Source: Bacteroidota bacterium (GTDB lineage: Bacteria > Bacteroidota > Bacteroidia > Chitinophagales > LD1). Taken from it: a DNA stretch of 64,000 bases. The stretch spans positions 156,673 to 220,672 of the forward strand of contig JAPLES010000002.1 of NCBI GenBank assembly GCA_026391075.1. The letters are read 5' to 3'. A model generated the notes under the pieces. The model was not told the DNA's origin, ran no database searches, and was given only the letters and a program-made list of their open reading frames with translations. The position numbers were made by a program, and so were the translations under genes. Positions within the stretch are counted from its first letter, which is position 1. Each line of letters opens with the position of its first letter. Shown one piece after another: positions 18,304 to 28,400 of this stretch.

Positions 18304-21300
18304 TTATTTGTCGTTATCTCCACATGAATATTCCTTCCTTCCTTTCGCACTTGGCTCTTGTGTAGCACCTCCACCCTTTTTGTCGTCAAGCATTTTCTGA
18401 ATTAAACGGGCGCGTTCTTTCTTAATTTCTTCGCGTTTCTGCAAATCTTTTTCTATGTCGAAGAATAAAATTCCATCTACAAAAGTTTTTTCTGCTTTGG
18501 CATAAATAGAAAGTGGATTCGCGCTCCACACAACGACATCTGCATCTTTTCCAACTTTAATTGAACCGGTTTGCTTATCGAGGTGTAACATTTTTGCAGG
18601 GTTAAGGGTACAAAGCTTCCACGCTTGCTCTTCGGTGAGCCCACCATACTTCATTGATTTGGCAGCCTCCTGATTTAATCTACGCGCCATTTCTGCATCA
18701 TCAGAATTCACGGCAGTGTTGATTCCAACTTTTGTAAGAATTGCCGCGTTGTAAGGAATGGCATCTATCACTTCATACTTGTATGCCCACCAGTCTGCAA
18801 ACGTAGAAGCATTTGCTCCATGCGCTTTCATTTTATCGGCAACTTTATAACCTTCGAGAATATGAGTGAACGTATTCACCTTAAAGTTGAATGAATCTGC
18901 CACGTGCATCAGCATATTTATTTCGCTCTGCACATAACTGTGGCAAGTGATAAATCTTTTGTGGTTCAAAATTTCGCGCAGCGCTTCTAACTCTAAATCA
19001 CACCTCTCCCCCCGCCCCTCTCCGAAAGAGAGGGGAGTAACAGCCGCCTTTCCTTTTGATTGTTTGGTTTTTAAGCCCTCTCCTTCGGAGAGGGTTTGGG
19101 AGAGGTGGCCGTTGTATTCCCTCGCCTTCGTAAAATAATTATAGTAAGTCTGTTCAACACCCATACGCGTTTGCGGATAGCGCACGCGGTTGTGGTCGCC
19201 CCAGTTTGATTGCTTTACATTTTCTCCGAGAGCAAACTTGATGAAGCCATCGGCTCCTTCAATTTTCATTTTTTCCGGTGTATATCCCCAACGAAATTTC
19301 ACGAGCGCACTTTGTCCGCCAATAGGATTTGCCGAACCGTGCAACAGTTGCGCGCCAATAACCCCACCGGCAAGCTGACGATAAATATTAATGTCATCGC
19401 AGCTTACCACATCGCCAATACGAACTTCCGCGCTACTGGCTTTTGTTCCTTCGTTAACGCCTTCCTGAATAGCAATGTGATTGTGCTCATCAATAATTCC
19501 GGCAGTAACAAATTTGTTAGTGGCATCAATTGTTTTGCAATCGGCACAGGCTAAGTTTTTTCCGAAAGAAGAAATTTTTCCTGTGCGAATAATTACATCG
19601 GTGTTTTGTAAAATGCCCTCTGCTTCGTTTGTCCAAACAGTTCCGTTTTTAATCAGGAAATTTTCTTGCGTAGGAATTTGTTCGTTGCCATAACCGAGAA
19701 ATGGAAAAATTACTTTGCCCAAATTCTTGGTTATATCAATCGTGTCTTTCTTTGGTTTCGTTGTGTCGGCATCCGGTCCTTTTATTTGTGCAGCACTCCA
19801 GGTTATCCAATCGCCATTCGGCATTTGGCCATTTCCGCTCCATGATTTTGTATTGTAGTCAATCGTTCCGGTCAAACGAATTTTACTTTGCTCAACTTTT
19901 TTATCGATTGAAAAAGAAAGAGAAATGTCGTTGTCTTTGTAAGAAAGTTTTACATCCAATTTATTTGTATCGCTCAAAATTAGTTGCGCTTTAGGTGAAG
20001 AAGCATCGCCACTTAATCTGAGTTTGTATTTATTACTACTTACTGCCAGAGCGTATTCTCCGCGAATATCTTTTGCATCAAACGCTTTTATTTCGTAGCG
20101 TTTTCCTTGAATCCAGTTTTCGTTTATCTCACATTGTGCATCGAACAAAGGTTTTGATGTAATGAAGAAGTTCGCCAACTTTCCAGCATCAAGTGAGCCA
20201 ACTTTATCATATACGTTTACAAACATTGCTGGGTTATAAGTGAGCGACTTCAACGCAAGTGTAGAATCCAAACCATACTTCACGGCCTTTCGAAGATTGC
20301 TGAGAAAATCATCTTTCTTTTCTACATCAGAAGCAGTGAGCGAAAAATCAATTCCTGCTTTTGCAAGAGCCGCACAATTGGTTGGAGCGAGTTCCCAATT
20401 TTTCATTTCTTCCAATGAAACCCAGTTTGCTTTGTACGGGTCTTCTACATCAAACGCCTTCGGAAAATTTAATGAGGTAATGATTTTTGCATTGCTCTTT
20501 TTAATTTCATCAATGCGTTTGTATTCATCGCCTTTTGTTTTGATGATGTATTGCACATTGAATTCATCGCCTAATTTATCAGCCCGTAAGACTTTTTGCC
20601 AATCGCCACCGGCATCAAAAATTTGTGGAATAGTTTGTTCCAAATTCCACTCTTGCAAATTGATGTTGAACTCTTTTTTATCAATAGAAGTCTTATACCA
20701 CTGTGCATCGTAATACGTTTGACGAATGAGCGCGATACTTCCCATCAACGAACTTGGATAGTCTTGTGTTGAACTTCCTTTGTTGAAAGAATAATTTGCG
20801 GTGGCATCTGCCTTCACTAAAACAAAATTTTCTTTGTCGTTGTTGAGTGTAACCACCGCACCGGTGCCGCGCGCAATACCATCTTTCTTATTTGTAAGCA
20901 CTGCACCAAAACCAATTTTACGCAAATCATCTGCCTTGCCTTCGTTCACCGTAAAGTTTCTATCCGCATGAAAATCGGTGTGAATAGCTTGGTTCCAACC
21001 ATACGCGCCTTTAATGTTTGATTCCATTTGCGGGTCTTCACTTCCTTTGGGTTTTGCTACATCGGGCATTCCGTAATCAGAAAAAACATCAATGAAAGAA
21101 GGGTAGATAAATTTTCCTTTGAGGTCGTGAATAATAAAACCCACCTCTCCTAAATCCTCTCCGAAGGAGAGGACTTTAAATACACGTCCATTTTTAATGA
21201 GCAGCGTTGCTGAATCAATTTTCTTGTTGTAAGAAATAAAAATGGTGGCGTTGGTGAAGGCATGCTTGCCTTCGCGGTAATCATCGGGCCCATTGGTTTT

Positions 21301-21372
21301 GAAGGTGGTTTCTTGTGCGAACAGATAGAAGACAATAGACAATAGACAATAAACAAGTGCAAGTTTACGCAT
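18304..21372 (-). CDS. Large amidohydrolase family protein (carries three in-frame palindromic repeat units)
   Basis: Start at ATG 21372 gives the signal peptide MRKLALVYCLLSIVFYLFAQ. Contains IYPSFID, GIIDEHNHIA (HxH metal site), RFITCHSYVQSEINM and GSIKVGKDADVVVW. Confidence 0.8.
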   Translation of the reverse strand: MRKLALVYCLLSIVFYLFAQETTFKTNGPDDYREGKHAFTNATIFISYNKKIDSATLLIKNGRVFKVLSFGEDLGEVGFIIHDLKGKFIYPSFIDVFSDYGMPDVAKPKGSEDPQMESNIKGAYGWNQAIHTDFHADRNFTVNEGKADDLRKIGFGAVLTNKKDGIARGTGAVVTLNNDKENFVLVKADATANYSFNKGSSTQDYPSSLMGSIALIRQTYYDAQWYKTSIDKKEFNINLQEWNLEQTIPQIFDAGGDWQKVLRADKLGDEFNVQYIIKTKGDEYKRIDEIKKSNAKIITSLNFPKAFDVEDPYKANWVSLEEMKNWELAPTNCAALAKAGIDFSLTASDVEKKDDFLSNLRKAVKYGLDSTLALKSLTYNPAMFVNVYDKVGSLDAGKLANFFITSKPLFDAQCEINENWIQGKRYEIKAFDAKDIRGEYALAVSSNKYKLRLSGDASSPKAQLILSDTNKLDVKLSYKDNDISLSFSIDKKVEQSKIRLTGTIDYNTKSWSGNGQMPNGDWITWSAAQIKGPDADTTKPKKDTIDITKNLGKVIFPFLGYGNEQIPTQENFLIKNGTVWTNEAEGILQNTDVIIRTGKISSFGKNLACADCKTIDATNKFVTAGIIDEHNHIAIQEGVNEGTKASSAEVRIGDVVSCDDINIYRQLAGGVIGAQLLHGSANPIGGQSALVKFRWGYTPEKMKIEGADGFIKFALGENVKQSNWGDHNRVRYPQTRMGVEQTYYNYFTKAREYNGHLSQTLSEGEGLKTKQSKGKAAVTPLSFGEGRGERCDLELEALREILNHKRFITCHSYVQSEINMLMHVADSFNFKVNTFTHILEGYKVADKMKAHGANASTFADWWAYKYEVIDAIPYNAAILTKVGINTAVNSDDAEMARRLNQEAAKSMKYGGLTEEQAWKLCTLNPAKMLHLDKQTGSIKVGKDADVVVWSANPLSIYAKAEKTFVDGILFFDIEKDLQKREEIKKERARLIQKMLDDKKGGGATQEPSAKGRKEYSCGDNDK
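19000..19108. repeat. Composite palindromic element: two inverted ~37-bp hairpin units, in-frame inside the amidohydrolase CDS
   Basis: The left unit is cacctctccc-cccg-cccctctc cgaaa gagagggg. The right unit is ccctctcc ttcg ggagaggg-tttg-ggagaggtgg. The outer ends (19001-19010 and 19098-19108) are reverse complements. Confidence 0.85.
21140..21180. repeat. Single copy of the ~37-bp hairpin unit, in-frame in the same CDS
   Basis: cccacctctcc-taaat-cctctcc gaa ggagagg-actttaaa. Confidence 0.8.
21324..21358. repeat. Heptamer tandem array (GACAATA type, 3 perfect + 2 degenerate units)
   Basis: gatagaa gacaata gacaata gacaata aacaagt. The reverse strand encodes LVYCLLSIV of a signal peptide. 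Confidence 0.85.
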
Positions 21373-21460
21373 AGGGAAATTTTTTTGAGCGAGTGAAAAT
21401 AGAATTTTACTTTTCACTCACCGATGAAGAAAGTTGCTTCATCGTCAAACAACAAAGCCC

Positions 21461-23320
21461 ATGAAAAAAATTGAAAGAGCAGCACCTGTAAATTGGTATG
21501 ACCCCACACAATTGGCCGACACCGCATTGCGCTCCACGCTCTCCGAAATTTTTGCCACCTACTCTGATAAAAGAGAAACCTATTCGCACACCGCAATACC
21601 GGAACCTACATTGGTGGGCGAAGGCAAAGAAGAAGTGTGGGTTGATTACGCAGCCGATACCGGAGATGGATTTGATGCCACTTATTCAGTGGCATATTGT
21701 TTAGCGAATCCCGAAATAATTTCGGCAGCACATAAAGATTGGAAAGTTGCCGATGCATTAATTTTGGGTGGAGACCAGGTATATCCCACTCCCGGTGTAG
21801 ATGAATATGAGCGCAGATTTAAAAATGTTTTTGAAGCAGCATTTCCAAGAAATAGTTTAGTAGATGCACCAAGGTTATTTGCCATACCGGGTAATCACGA
21901 TTGGTATGATGGACTAAATAAATTTTTGAAAATATTTTGTCAACGAAGAAAAATAGGTGGCTGGCAAACGGCACAGGAGCGAAGTTATTTTGCTGTGACA
22001 CTGCCACACAACGTTTGGGTATTTGGAATTGATATTCAGTTAGAGGGAGCTATTGACGATTTGCAATTGCAGTACTTTGAAGGGGTAATGAAAAAAATAG
22101 CAAACGATGCAAAAATTATTTTGTGCACTGCAGAGCCAAATTGGTATCAGTGTACCGAGGATGTGAAGTCTACACAGTTTCGCACGCTCGATTATTTTAT
22201 AAGAAGAATAATTTATCAGGAAGGAGTTACGAATGAGCAAGAACAGAAAAACGCAAAGTTGATTTTAGTGCTTACGGGCGACAGCCATCATTATGCCGCC
22301 TATAAAGCCGAAGTGGATTACACCACAAATATTGATAAGCCTGAAACGCAGAAAAAATGGGAAACGCTTTTTATAACTGCAGGTGGTGGAGGAGCCTTCT
22401 TGCATCCCACACATAATTTGCACGATAAAAATGAGGCAGGTGAAAATGAATTGCGATATGAGTTTCCGGAAAAGACAAAAGATGAAGGAAGAAGTTTTAA
22501 GAGTAAAATTAATTGGAACTTTACTTATAAAGAATGCTATCCCGCAAAAGCAGATTCAAAAAAAATGACTTGGGGAAATTTGAAATTTGGTTTTCAGTCG
22601 TTGTTGCTTTCTGCTTTGTTTGGTTTTTTATATGCGGCTGTTTTTTTGAGTGTAGAAAACTATAGTATAGTCAATGATGCGGCCTACAATCCCATTGTTT
22701 CGTTTTCATCGCACCTGGCAAAACAACCATTGGCAAACGTAACTTGGGAAGTGACAAAAGAAGTTTTGGCAAATCCGGTGGCCTTGGTTTTCTCTTTGTT
22801 TTTTGTAACCATATTTTTTGTGGTGGCCACGCTTTATAAACGGAAACCGAATTTGATGATTGGTTTAGGCATAACTCATTTGCTTGTTCAATTTATTCTT
22901 ATGTGCACTTTTATTGGGTTATCTATCCACTGTATTTCACATTGTTTTTTTTCTGATGACACAAACAAAATGCTCAGTCCGGGTTTTCGAGTTTGTGCAT
23001 TCGCAATAATTTTTGGCATCGGTTTTTTGGTGAGCGGTTTTGTAATGGGTATTTATTTCATCATTGCCAATCTTGGTTTTAAAGTTCATGATAACGAAGC
23101 CTTCAGTTCGCTGAGTGTGCAGGATTACAAAAATTTTCTGCGCTTAAAAATCACAAAAGAGGAACTCACCGTTTATGTTGTGCGCATAAAAAAAGTAGCG
23201 AAAGACTGGCGCGAAAAAACAAGTGCCGATAAAACGGTTTCGGATTTGGTACCAAAAAAATCTCCGCTGCAATTTGAAGAAGTTACATCGCACATTTTTA
23301 AAAACAATAACTGGTCTTAA
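21461..23320 (+). CDS. Membrane-anchored calcineurin-like metallophosphoesterase
   Basis: MPE signature blocks appear in order: DYAADTGDG, LILGGDQVYP, IPGNHDWYDG and VLTGDSHHY. About 5-6 predicted TM helices follow (LLLSALFGFLYAAVFL ... FAIIFGIGFLVSGFVMGIYFII), then a soluble tail. ATG 21461 is preferred over the TTG at 21434. Confidence 0.75.
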   Translation: MKKIERAAPVNWYDPTQLADTALRSTLSEIFATYSDKRETYSHTAIPEPTLVGEGKEEVWVDYAADTGDGFDATYSVAYCLANPEIISAAHKDWKVADALILGGDQVYPTPGVDEYERRFKNVFEAAFPRNSLVDAPRLFAIPGNHDWYDGLNKFLKIFCQRRKIGGWQTAQERSYFAVTLPHNVWVFGIDIQLEGAIDDLQLQYFEGVMKKIANDAKIILCTAEPNWYQCTEDVKSTQFRTLDYFIRRIIYQEGVTNEQEQKNAKLILVLTGDSHHYAAYKAEVDYTTNIDKPETQKKWETLFITAGGGGAFLHPTHNLHDKNEAGENELRYEFPEKTKDEGRSFKSKINWNFTYKECYPAKADSKKMTWGNLKFGFQSLLLSALFGFLYAAVFLSVENYSIVNDAAYNPIVSFSSHLAKQPLANVTWEVTKEVLANPVALVFSLFFVTIFFVVATLYKRKPNLMIGLGITHLLVQFILMCTFIGLSIHCISHCFFSDDTNKMLSPGFRVCAFAIIFGIGFLVSGFVMGIYFIIANLGFKVHDNEAFSSLSVQDYKNFLRLKITKEELTVYVVRIKKVAKDWREKTSADKTVSDLVPKKSPLQFEEVTSHIFKNNNWS

Positions 23321-23343
23321 TATTTTTTACAAAAACTTAAATC

Positions 23344-25311
23344 ATGAATCTACCTTTCTTAAAAACATTGCGCGAAATGTGGACGGTCGTACAATCTATT
23401 CGTGTAGCACTGCTTATTGTTTTTTGTGGTTGGCTTTCGTTTTTACTGCCCGATCAATCGCAAGATTTTTATGTAAGTTTTAAGGGCGATAGTTTTAATC
23501 AAAATGCAGCCATGTATTTTGTTTTCCTTTTGCTTTGGAGTTTATTGTTGTGGCAAACCACTACACTGGTTTTAATTTTTTCGGAAATAGGAGGCTGCAA
23601 CAAAGACAATGTGCGTAAGCATTTAGTTTTACTTCCTGTGGGCCTTTCTTCGCTATCCATTTTACTTTTTGGTTTCAATCACTGGTATGTTTATCACCTG
23701 TGTAAATTTCCAAACGCTACAGTTGTGCTCATTAGATATTTTGTTCTTGCACTTGGTGTTGGATTTGCGCTAGCTTTTTATCAGTACAAAAAAATTCAGC
23801 GACTCGAAAAAAAGCAAGAAGGTTTGTTTGATGTGTCTGCTGTAGAAATGAGTACGTATTTTTCATTTGATAAATGGTTGCGCGTTGAATTGATTGTTAT
23901 TCTACTCGCGTTTTTAGTTGGTGTTATGCTATCGATATTTTCTCCAATAGCGCTTATAAATATTTCTGTAGCATTTGGCCCAGCTGCGGTTATTCTTTGC
24001 TCGTTGTTCTTCCTCACATTTTGGGGAATGGCCATCAATCTTGCAAGCAACAAAGTCGGCTTTCCGGTTTTGCCATTGATACTTCTAGTGCCCGTTATTT
24101 TTTCTTTCACTAACAACAATCACGAATTGCGGGCAGTAGAAAATCTAAAACGCATTTCTTCTACACAAAATAATGATGCTGTTTGTTTTGGAAACTGGTT
24201 AGAAAATTTGAAGCCAACTACACCAAAAGATTCAAGTCAAAAAGCGGAACCCATCAAAATAATTTTAGTAGCAGCCGAAGGGGGTGGCAGCAGAGCCGCT
24301 TATTGGGCAGCCGCGGTTTTGTGTACGTACTACGAAAAAAATCCCGGCAGCTTTCAGCACACGTTTGCCTTAAGCGGTGCATCGGGTGGTGCGGTGGGCA
24401 TTATGTTTTTTAATGCGCTGGCCTATCATGCGCTCGAACAAAAAAACGGGAAGACATTGGGTGCCGAAGATTTCAAAAAAATGAAAATACAATTGGATAC
24501 TATTTGCGGAGGCGATTTTCTATCGCCACTTACCACGGGCATGGTGCTGCCCGATGCCTTGCAAAAATTTCTGCCTTGTGCTATTGGAAAGTTTGACCGC
24601 GGCAGATATTTAGAAGATGCGTTTGCAAAAAGTTTTGAAGAGGTAACACAAAGTTGTTTGCTGAACGAAGGCGTGGATAGTTTGTATAGCACACCAAATA
24701 AAATTCCATCGCTGTTTTTTAATTGCACACATGTAGAAACGGGGCGCAAGTCTGTCATCAGCAATTTACAATTGAGTCCAAAATATTTTAAAGATGTGCT
24801 TGATGTAGAAACCAAAATTCAAAAATCAATTTTGTTGAAGACGGCCGTTTCATGTGCTTCGCGTTTCCCAATGGTTACACCGCCAGCGTTAATGATAGAT
24901 ACCAACGGAAAACCTTTCGGGCATTTAGTAGATGGCGGTTATTTTGATAACACCGGAATAGAAACTTGTTTGCAGTTATCGCAAATGATGCTGAACACAG
25001 CGCACAACAAAGGCATTCCTGTTCACATAAAAATTATGGGCATAATCAATTGCGCAAAACCCGACACGGCACCCGCGCTTGGTTTTAATTACGAAGCTGC
25101 TCCTGTTTTTGGCTTTTATAATTCGTGGTTGCGCAGAGCTATCTCCAATGAAAACATGGCCACGCGCATAGGAGAAATAGCCGGTGAAATAAGTTACGAG
25201 CGTGTGGAATTGAATGTAGGAGAAAACAAAATTTTTCCGTTGGGTTGGTATTTATCAAACAATGCGAGGCAACAAATGATGCTGCAGGCAGATGCGCTTT
25301 CGTTTAAATAA
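23344..25311 (+). CDS. Membrane-anchored patatin-like phospholipase
   Basis: About 270 aa of N-terminal polytopic membrane region, then the patatin triad context. This comprises an oxyanion GGGSRAAYW, a nucleophile elbow LSGASGG (GxSxG) and a catalytic Asp in HLVDGGYFDNTG. The gene lies 23 bp downstream of the MPE gene. Confidence 0.8.
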   Translation: MNLPFLKTLREMWTVVQSIRVALLIVFCGWLSFLLPDQSQDFYVSFKGDSFNQNAAMYFVFLLLWSLLLWQTTTLVLIFSEIGGCNKDNVRKHLVLLPVGLSSLSILLFGFNHWYVYHLCKFPNATVVLIRYFVLALGVGFALAFYQYKKIQRLEKKQEGLFDVSAVEMSTYFSFDKWLRVELIVILLAFLVGVMLSIFSPIALINISVAFGPAAVILCSLFFLTFWGMAINLASNKVGFPVLPLILLVPVIFSFTNNNHELRAVENLKRISSTQNNDAVCFGNWLENLKPTTPKDSSQKAEPIKIILVAAEGGGSRAAYWAAAVLCTYYEKNPGSFQHTFALSGASGGAVGIMFFNALAYHALEQKNGKTLGAEDFKKMKIQLDTICGGDFLSPLTTGMVLPDALQKFLPCAIGKFDRGRYLEDAFAKSFEEVTQSCLLNEGVDSLYSTPNKIPSLFFNCTHVETGRKSVISNLQLSPKYFKDVLDVETKIQKSILLKTAVSCASRFPMVTPPALMIDTNGKPFGHLVDGGYFDNTGIETCLQLSQMMLNTAHNKGIPVHIKIMGIINCAKPDTAPALGFNYEAAPVFGFYNSWLRRAISNENMATRIGEIAGEISYERVELNVGENKIFPLGWYLSNNARQQMMLQADALSFK

Positions 25312-25412
25312 AACCAAAAATTTTTTGAGCCGATACAACGAAAGGAGGAGCCGCAGCGTTTTATAAAAGGAAATCAATTTAAAATTATCTTCGTCCTCCG
25401 TTTCGCTTTGCT

Positions 25413-28400
25413 ATGAAAAAAATAATTTTCTCAACGCTTTTTCTCATCTGTGTTTTTGTTGCAACAGCTACGCATATAGTTGGAGGATTTGTTTCATACA
25501 CTTATGTGGCGGGTTCTACTTCTACCTACAATATTCAACTCAAAATTTATCGCGACTGTAATTCTCAAACACCATTTGACGGACTCCCCGATATCAATGG
25601 AACCGTAAGAACTGGACATATTTTTGTTTATGACAATTCCAGTAACCTAATTGCAACTATTGATTTGGACGCACCTATAGTTACCACCATCGACCCGCCT
25701 ATTGATAACCCGTGCTTAACTAACACGAGCGGTGTTTGTGTAGAAGAAGGAGTTTATACTACTACCTATACTTTGCCAAGCGATGCACAAGGATACACGT
25801 TGGCTTATGTGCGTTGTTGCCGCAATGGTTCCATTGATAATATTTTATCGCCAGGTTCGCAAGGCGGAACCTACTCGGCATACATTCCACCAACCAATGC
25901 ATTTCACAATAGCAGTCCGAACTTTAATCAGTTTCCCCCAACGTTTATTTGTTTGAATGCGCCATTAAGATTTGACCATTCGGCTACTGATATTGATGGC
26001 GATGTGTTAGTGTATTCATTGTGTCCGCCAAAATTAGGTGGCGACACCGTTGACCCCTCACCGTTAAATCCTCCAGGTCCTCCGTTTAGTGACGTGTATT
26101 GGGCAAGCGGATTTAGCTCATCAAATCCACTTGGAAACAATTCTTTACAAATTGATCCTAACACAGGTTTTCTAACAGGCACACCAAACATGCAAGGACA
26201 ATTTGTTGTGGGCATTTGTGTGAGTGAATACCGCGGAGGGGTTTTGATTTCAACTTACCTGCGCGATTTTCAATTCAACGTAACACCCTGCAATATTCCG
26301 GTGGCCGATATTCCGAGCATAGATATTAATCCGGGCACAGGAGTAGGAACCTACATTATCAACTGTAGCAATCTGCACGTGGTGTTTCAAAACACTTCTT
26401 ACAATCCACCACCGGTAGGTGTGCCCATTACATACAATTGGGATTTTGGTGTGCCCGGAATTACAACCGATGTTTCTAACCAGCCCGTTCCGTTTTATGA
26501 TTACCCCGATACAGGAACTTATTATGTAACACTCATTGCAACTAAGGGCACCGGATTGCAAGCGTGCATTGATACCACTTACGCGTTCGTTTACATTTAT
26601 CCAACACATCATTCAGATTTTACAACCGCAAATGTTTGCGAAGGAACGCTTGCAAATTTTACCGACCAAAGTATTTCTACCGTAGGAAATGTGAATCAAT
26701 GGAATTGGAATTTTGGCGATGGAAACACCTCTGCCATCAGCAATCCTACACACTTATATGCGTCAGCAGGAACGTATAATATAACGCTCGTTGGCGGAAA
26801 TGATTTGGGTTGCAGAGACACCATTGTAAAACCAATTACAATTTATTCAACGCCAGTTGCCGGTTTTTCTTTCGGGCAAACTTGTGTGAATTCACCGGTA
26901 AATTTTACCGATAACAGTGCGGGAACAATTACTTCTTACGCATGGCAATTTGGAAACGGAACAAGCGATACACAGGCAAATCCAACTACTACTTATAACA
27001 CGGTAGGAAATTTCAATGTTGATTTAATTGTTGCTTCAGCAGGTTGCAGCGATACAATTACAAAATCAATTACAGTAAATCCTGTTCCACTAGTGGCGAA
27101 TAATGATACGGCTATTTGTCCCGGGCAATCGGTGCAGTTGCATGCAAGTGGTGGTTCTGTTTACACCTGGAGCCCTGCGCTTTATTTGAATGATTCAACA
27201 TTAGCAAATCCTGTTTCTACACCCGTTGCACCGAGTTCAATTACGTATAGCGTAACCGCAGTAAATGCATTTCAATGTAGCGCAAGCGATGCAATCACTA
27301 TTTCATTTTTACCACCACCAACTATTTTTGCGGGGCTTGATACTTCGGTTTGTTTAAGTGGTGCAAATTTTAAAGACAGTGTGCAGTTGAATGCGAGTGG
27401 TGCGTTTAGTTATAAATGGATGCCTGCGTTCTCGCTTAATTATAGTTTCATTCAAAACCCTGTTGCGCGACCTTTGTCTAACACAACGTATTTGGTAATG
27501 GGAACAGATGCGAATGGTTGTGTGGCATTTGATTCGGTAACGGTGTATGTACTTGACCCAAACATAAATGTGATTGTTGACGCCACAAAAAATGTTTGCA
27601 TTGGCGATACAGTTTACGCTAACGTTACCAGCCAAGGCGCATCGAATTATGTATGGACACCGAATCAGTTTTTGGTGAATCCGAATTCTTACAGCCCGGG
27701 ATTTTATCCTGCAATAAACACAACTTACACACTCACCGTTTCTAATTACTGTTACATTAAGAGCGATGATATTTTAATTGTGGTTCTTCCATTGCCAACC
27801 TTATTGTTTGCTCAAAAAGATTCTGTTTGTATTGGCGATTCGTTACAAATTTTTGTAAGCGGTGCGCAAAATTATCAATGGAATTTTGATAACACATTGA
27901 GCGCGCTCAACATTTCAAATCCTTTTGCACAGCCCGATACTTCGCAATTTTATTATGTAAGCGGAACCGATGTTAACGGTTGCACCAATTACGATTCTAC
28001 TTTTATCAATGTGGTTCAGCTACCAATTGTAAATGCAGGAAACGATACTTTGATTTGGAAAGACACAAAAGCATTTCTTGATGGTTCAACCGATGCTTCG
28101 AAATATTTTTGGTCGCCAAAAACTTTTCTGCATAGCTATCAATCACTACAAACTTCTGCCGACATTACAAAAACACAGGCCTATGTTTTGTACGTAGAAA
28201 ACAATTTTGGTTGTGTGAATAGCGATTCAATAATCATTACCGTTGAAACCAACAATCTGCTTTTAGTGCCTACAGCATTCTCACCAAATGGCGATGGCGT
28301 GAATGATGTTTTCAGAATTCTGCGTTACCTTAACATTGGGAAACTGAAAGAGTTTTCGGTGTGGAATCGTTGGGGCGAAAAAGTTTTTTCTACTAGCGAT

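Noticed and set aside
18947-19138. 63-aa plus-strand ORF (..SPRPSPKERGVTAAFPF..KPSPSERVWERW)
   Set aside because: It is a product of reading the palindromic repeat on the opposite strand of a strongly supported amidohydrolase gene.
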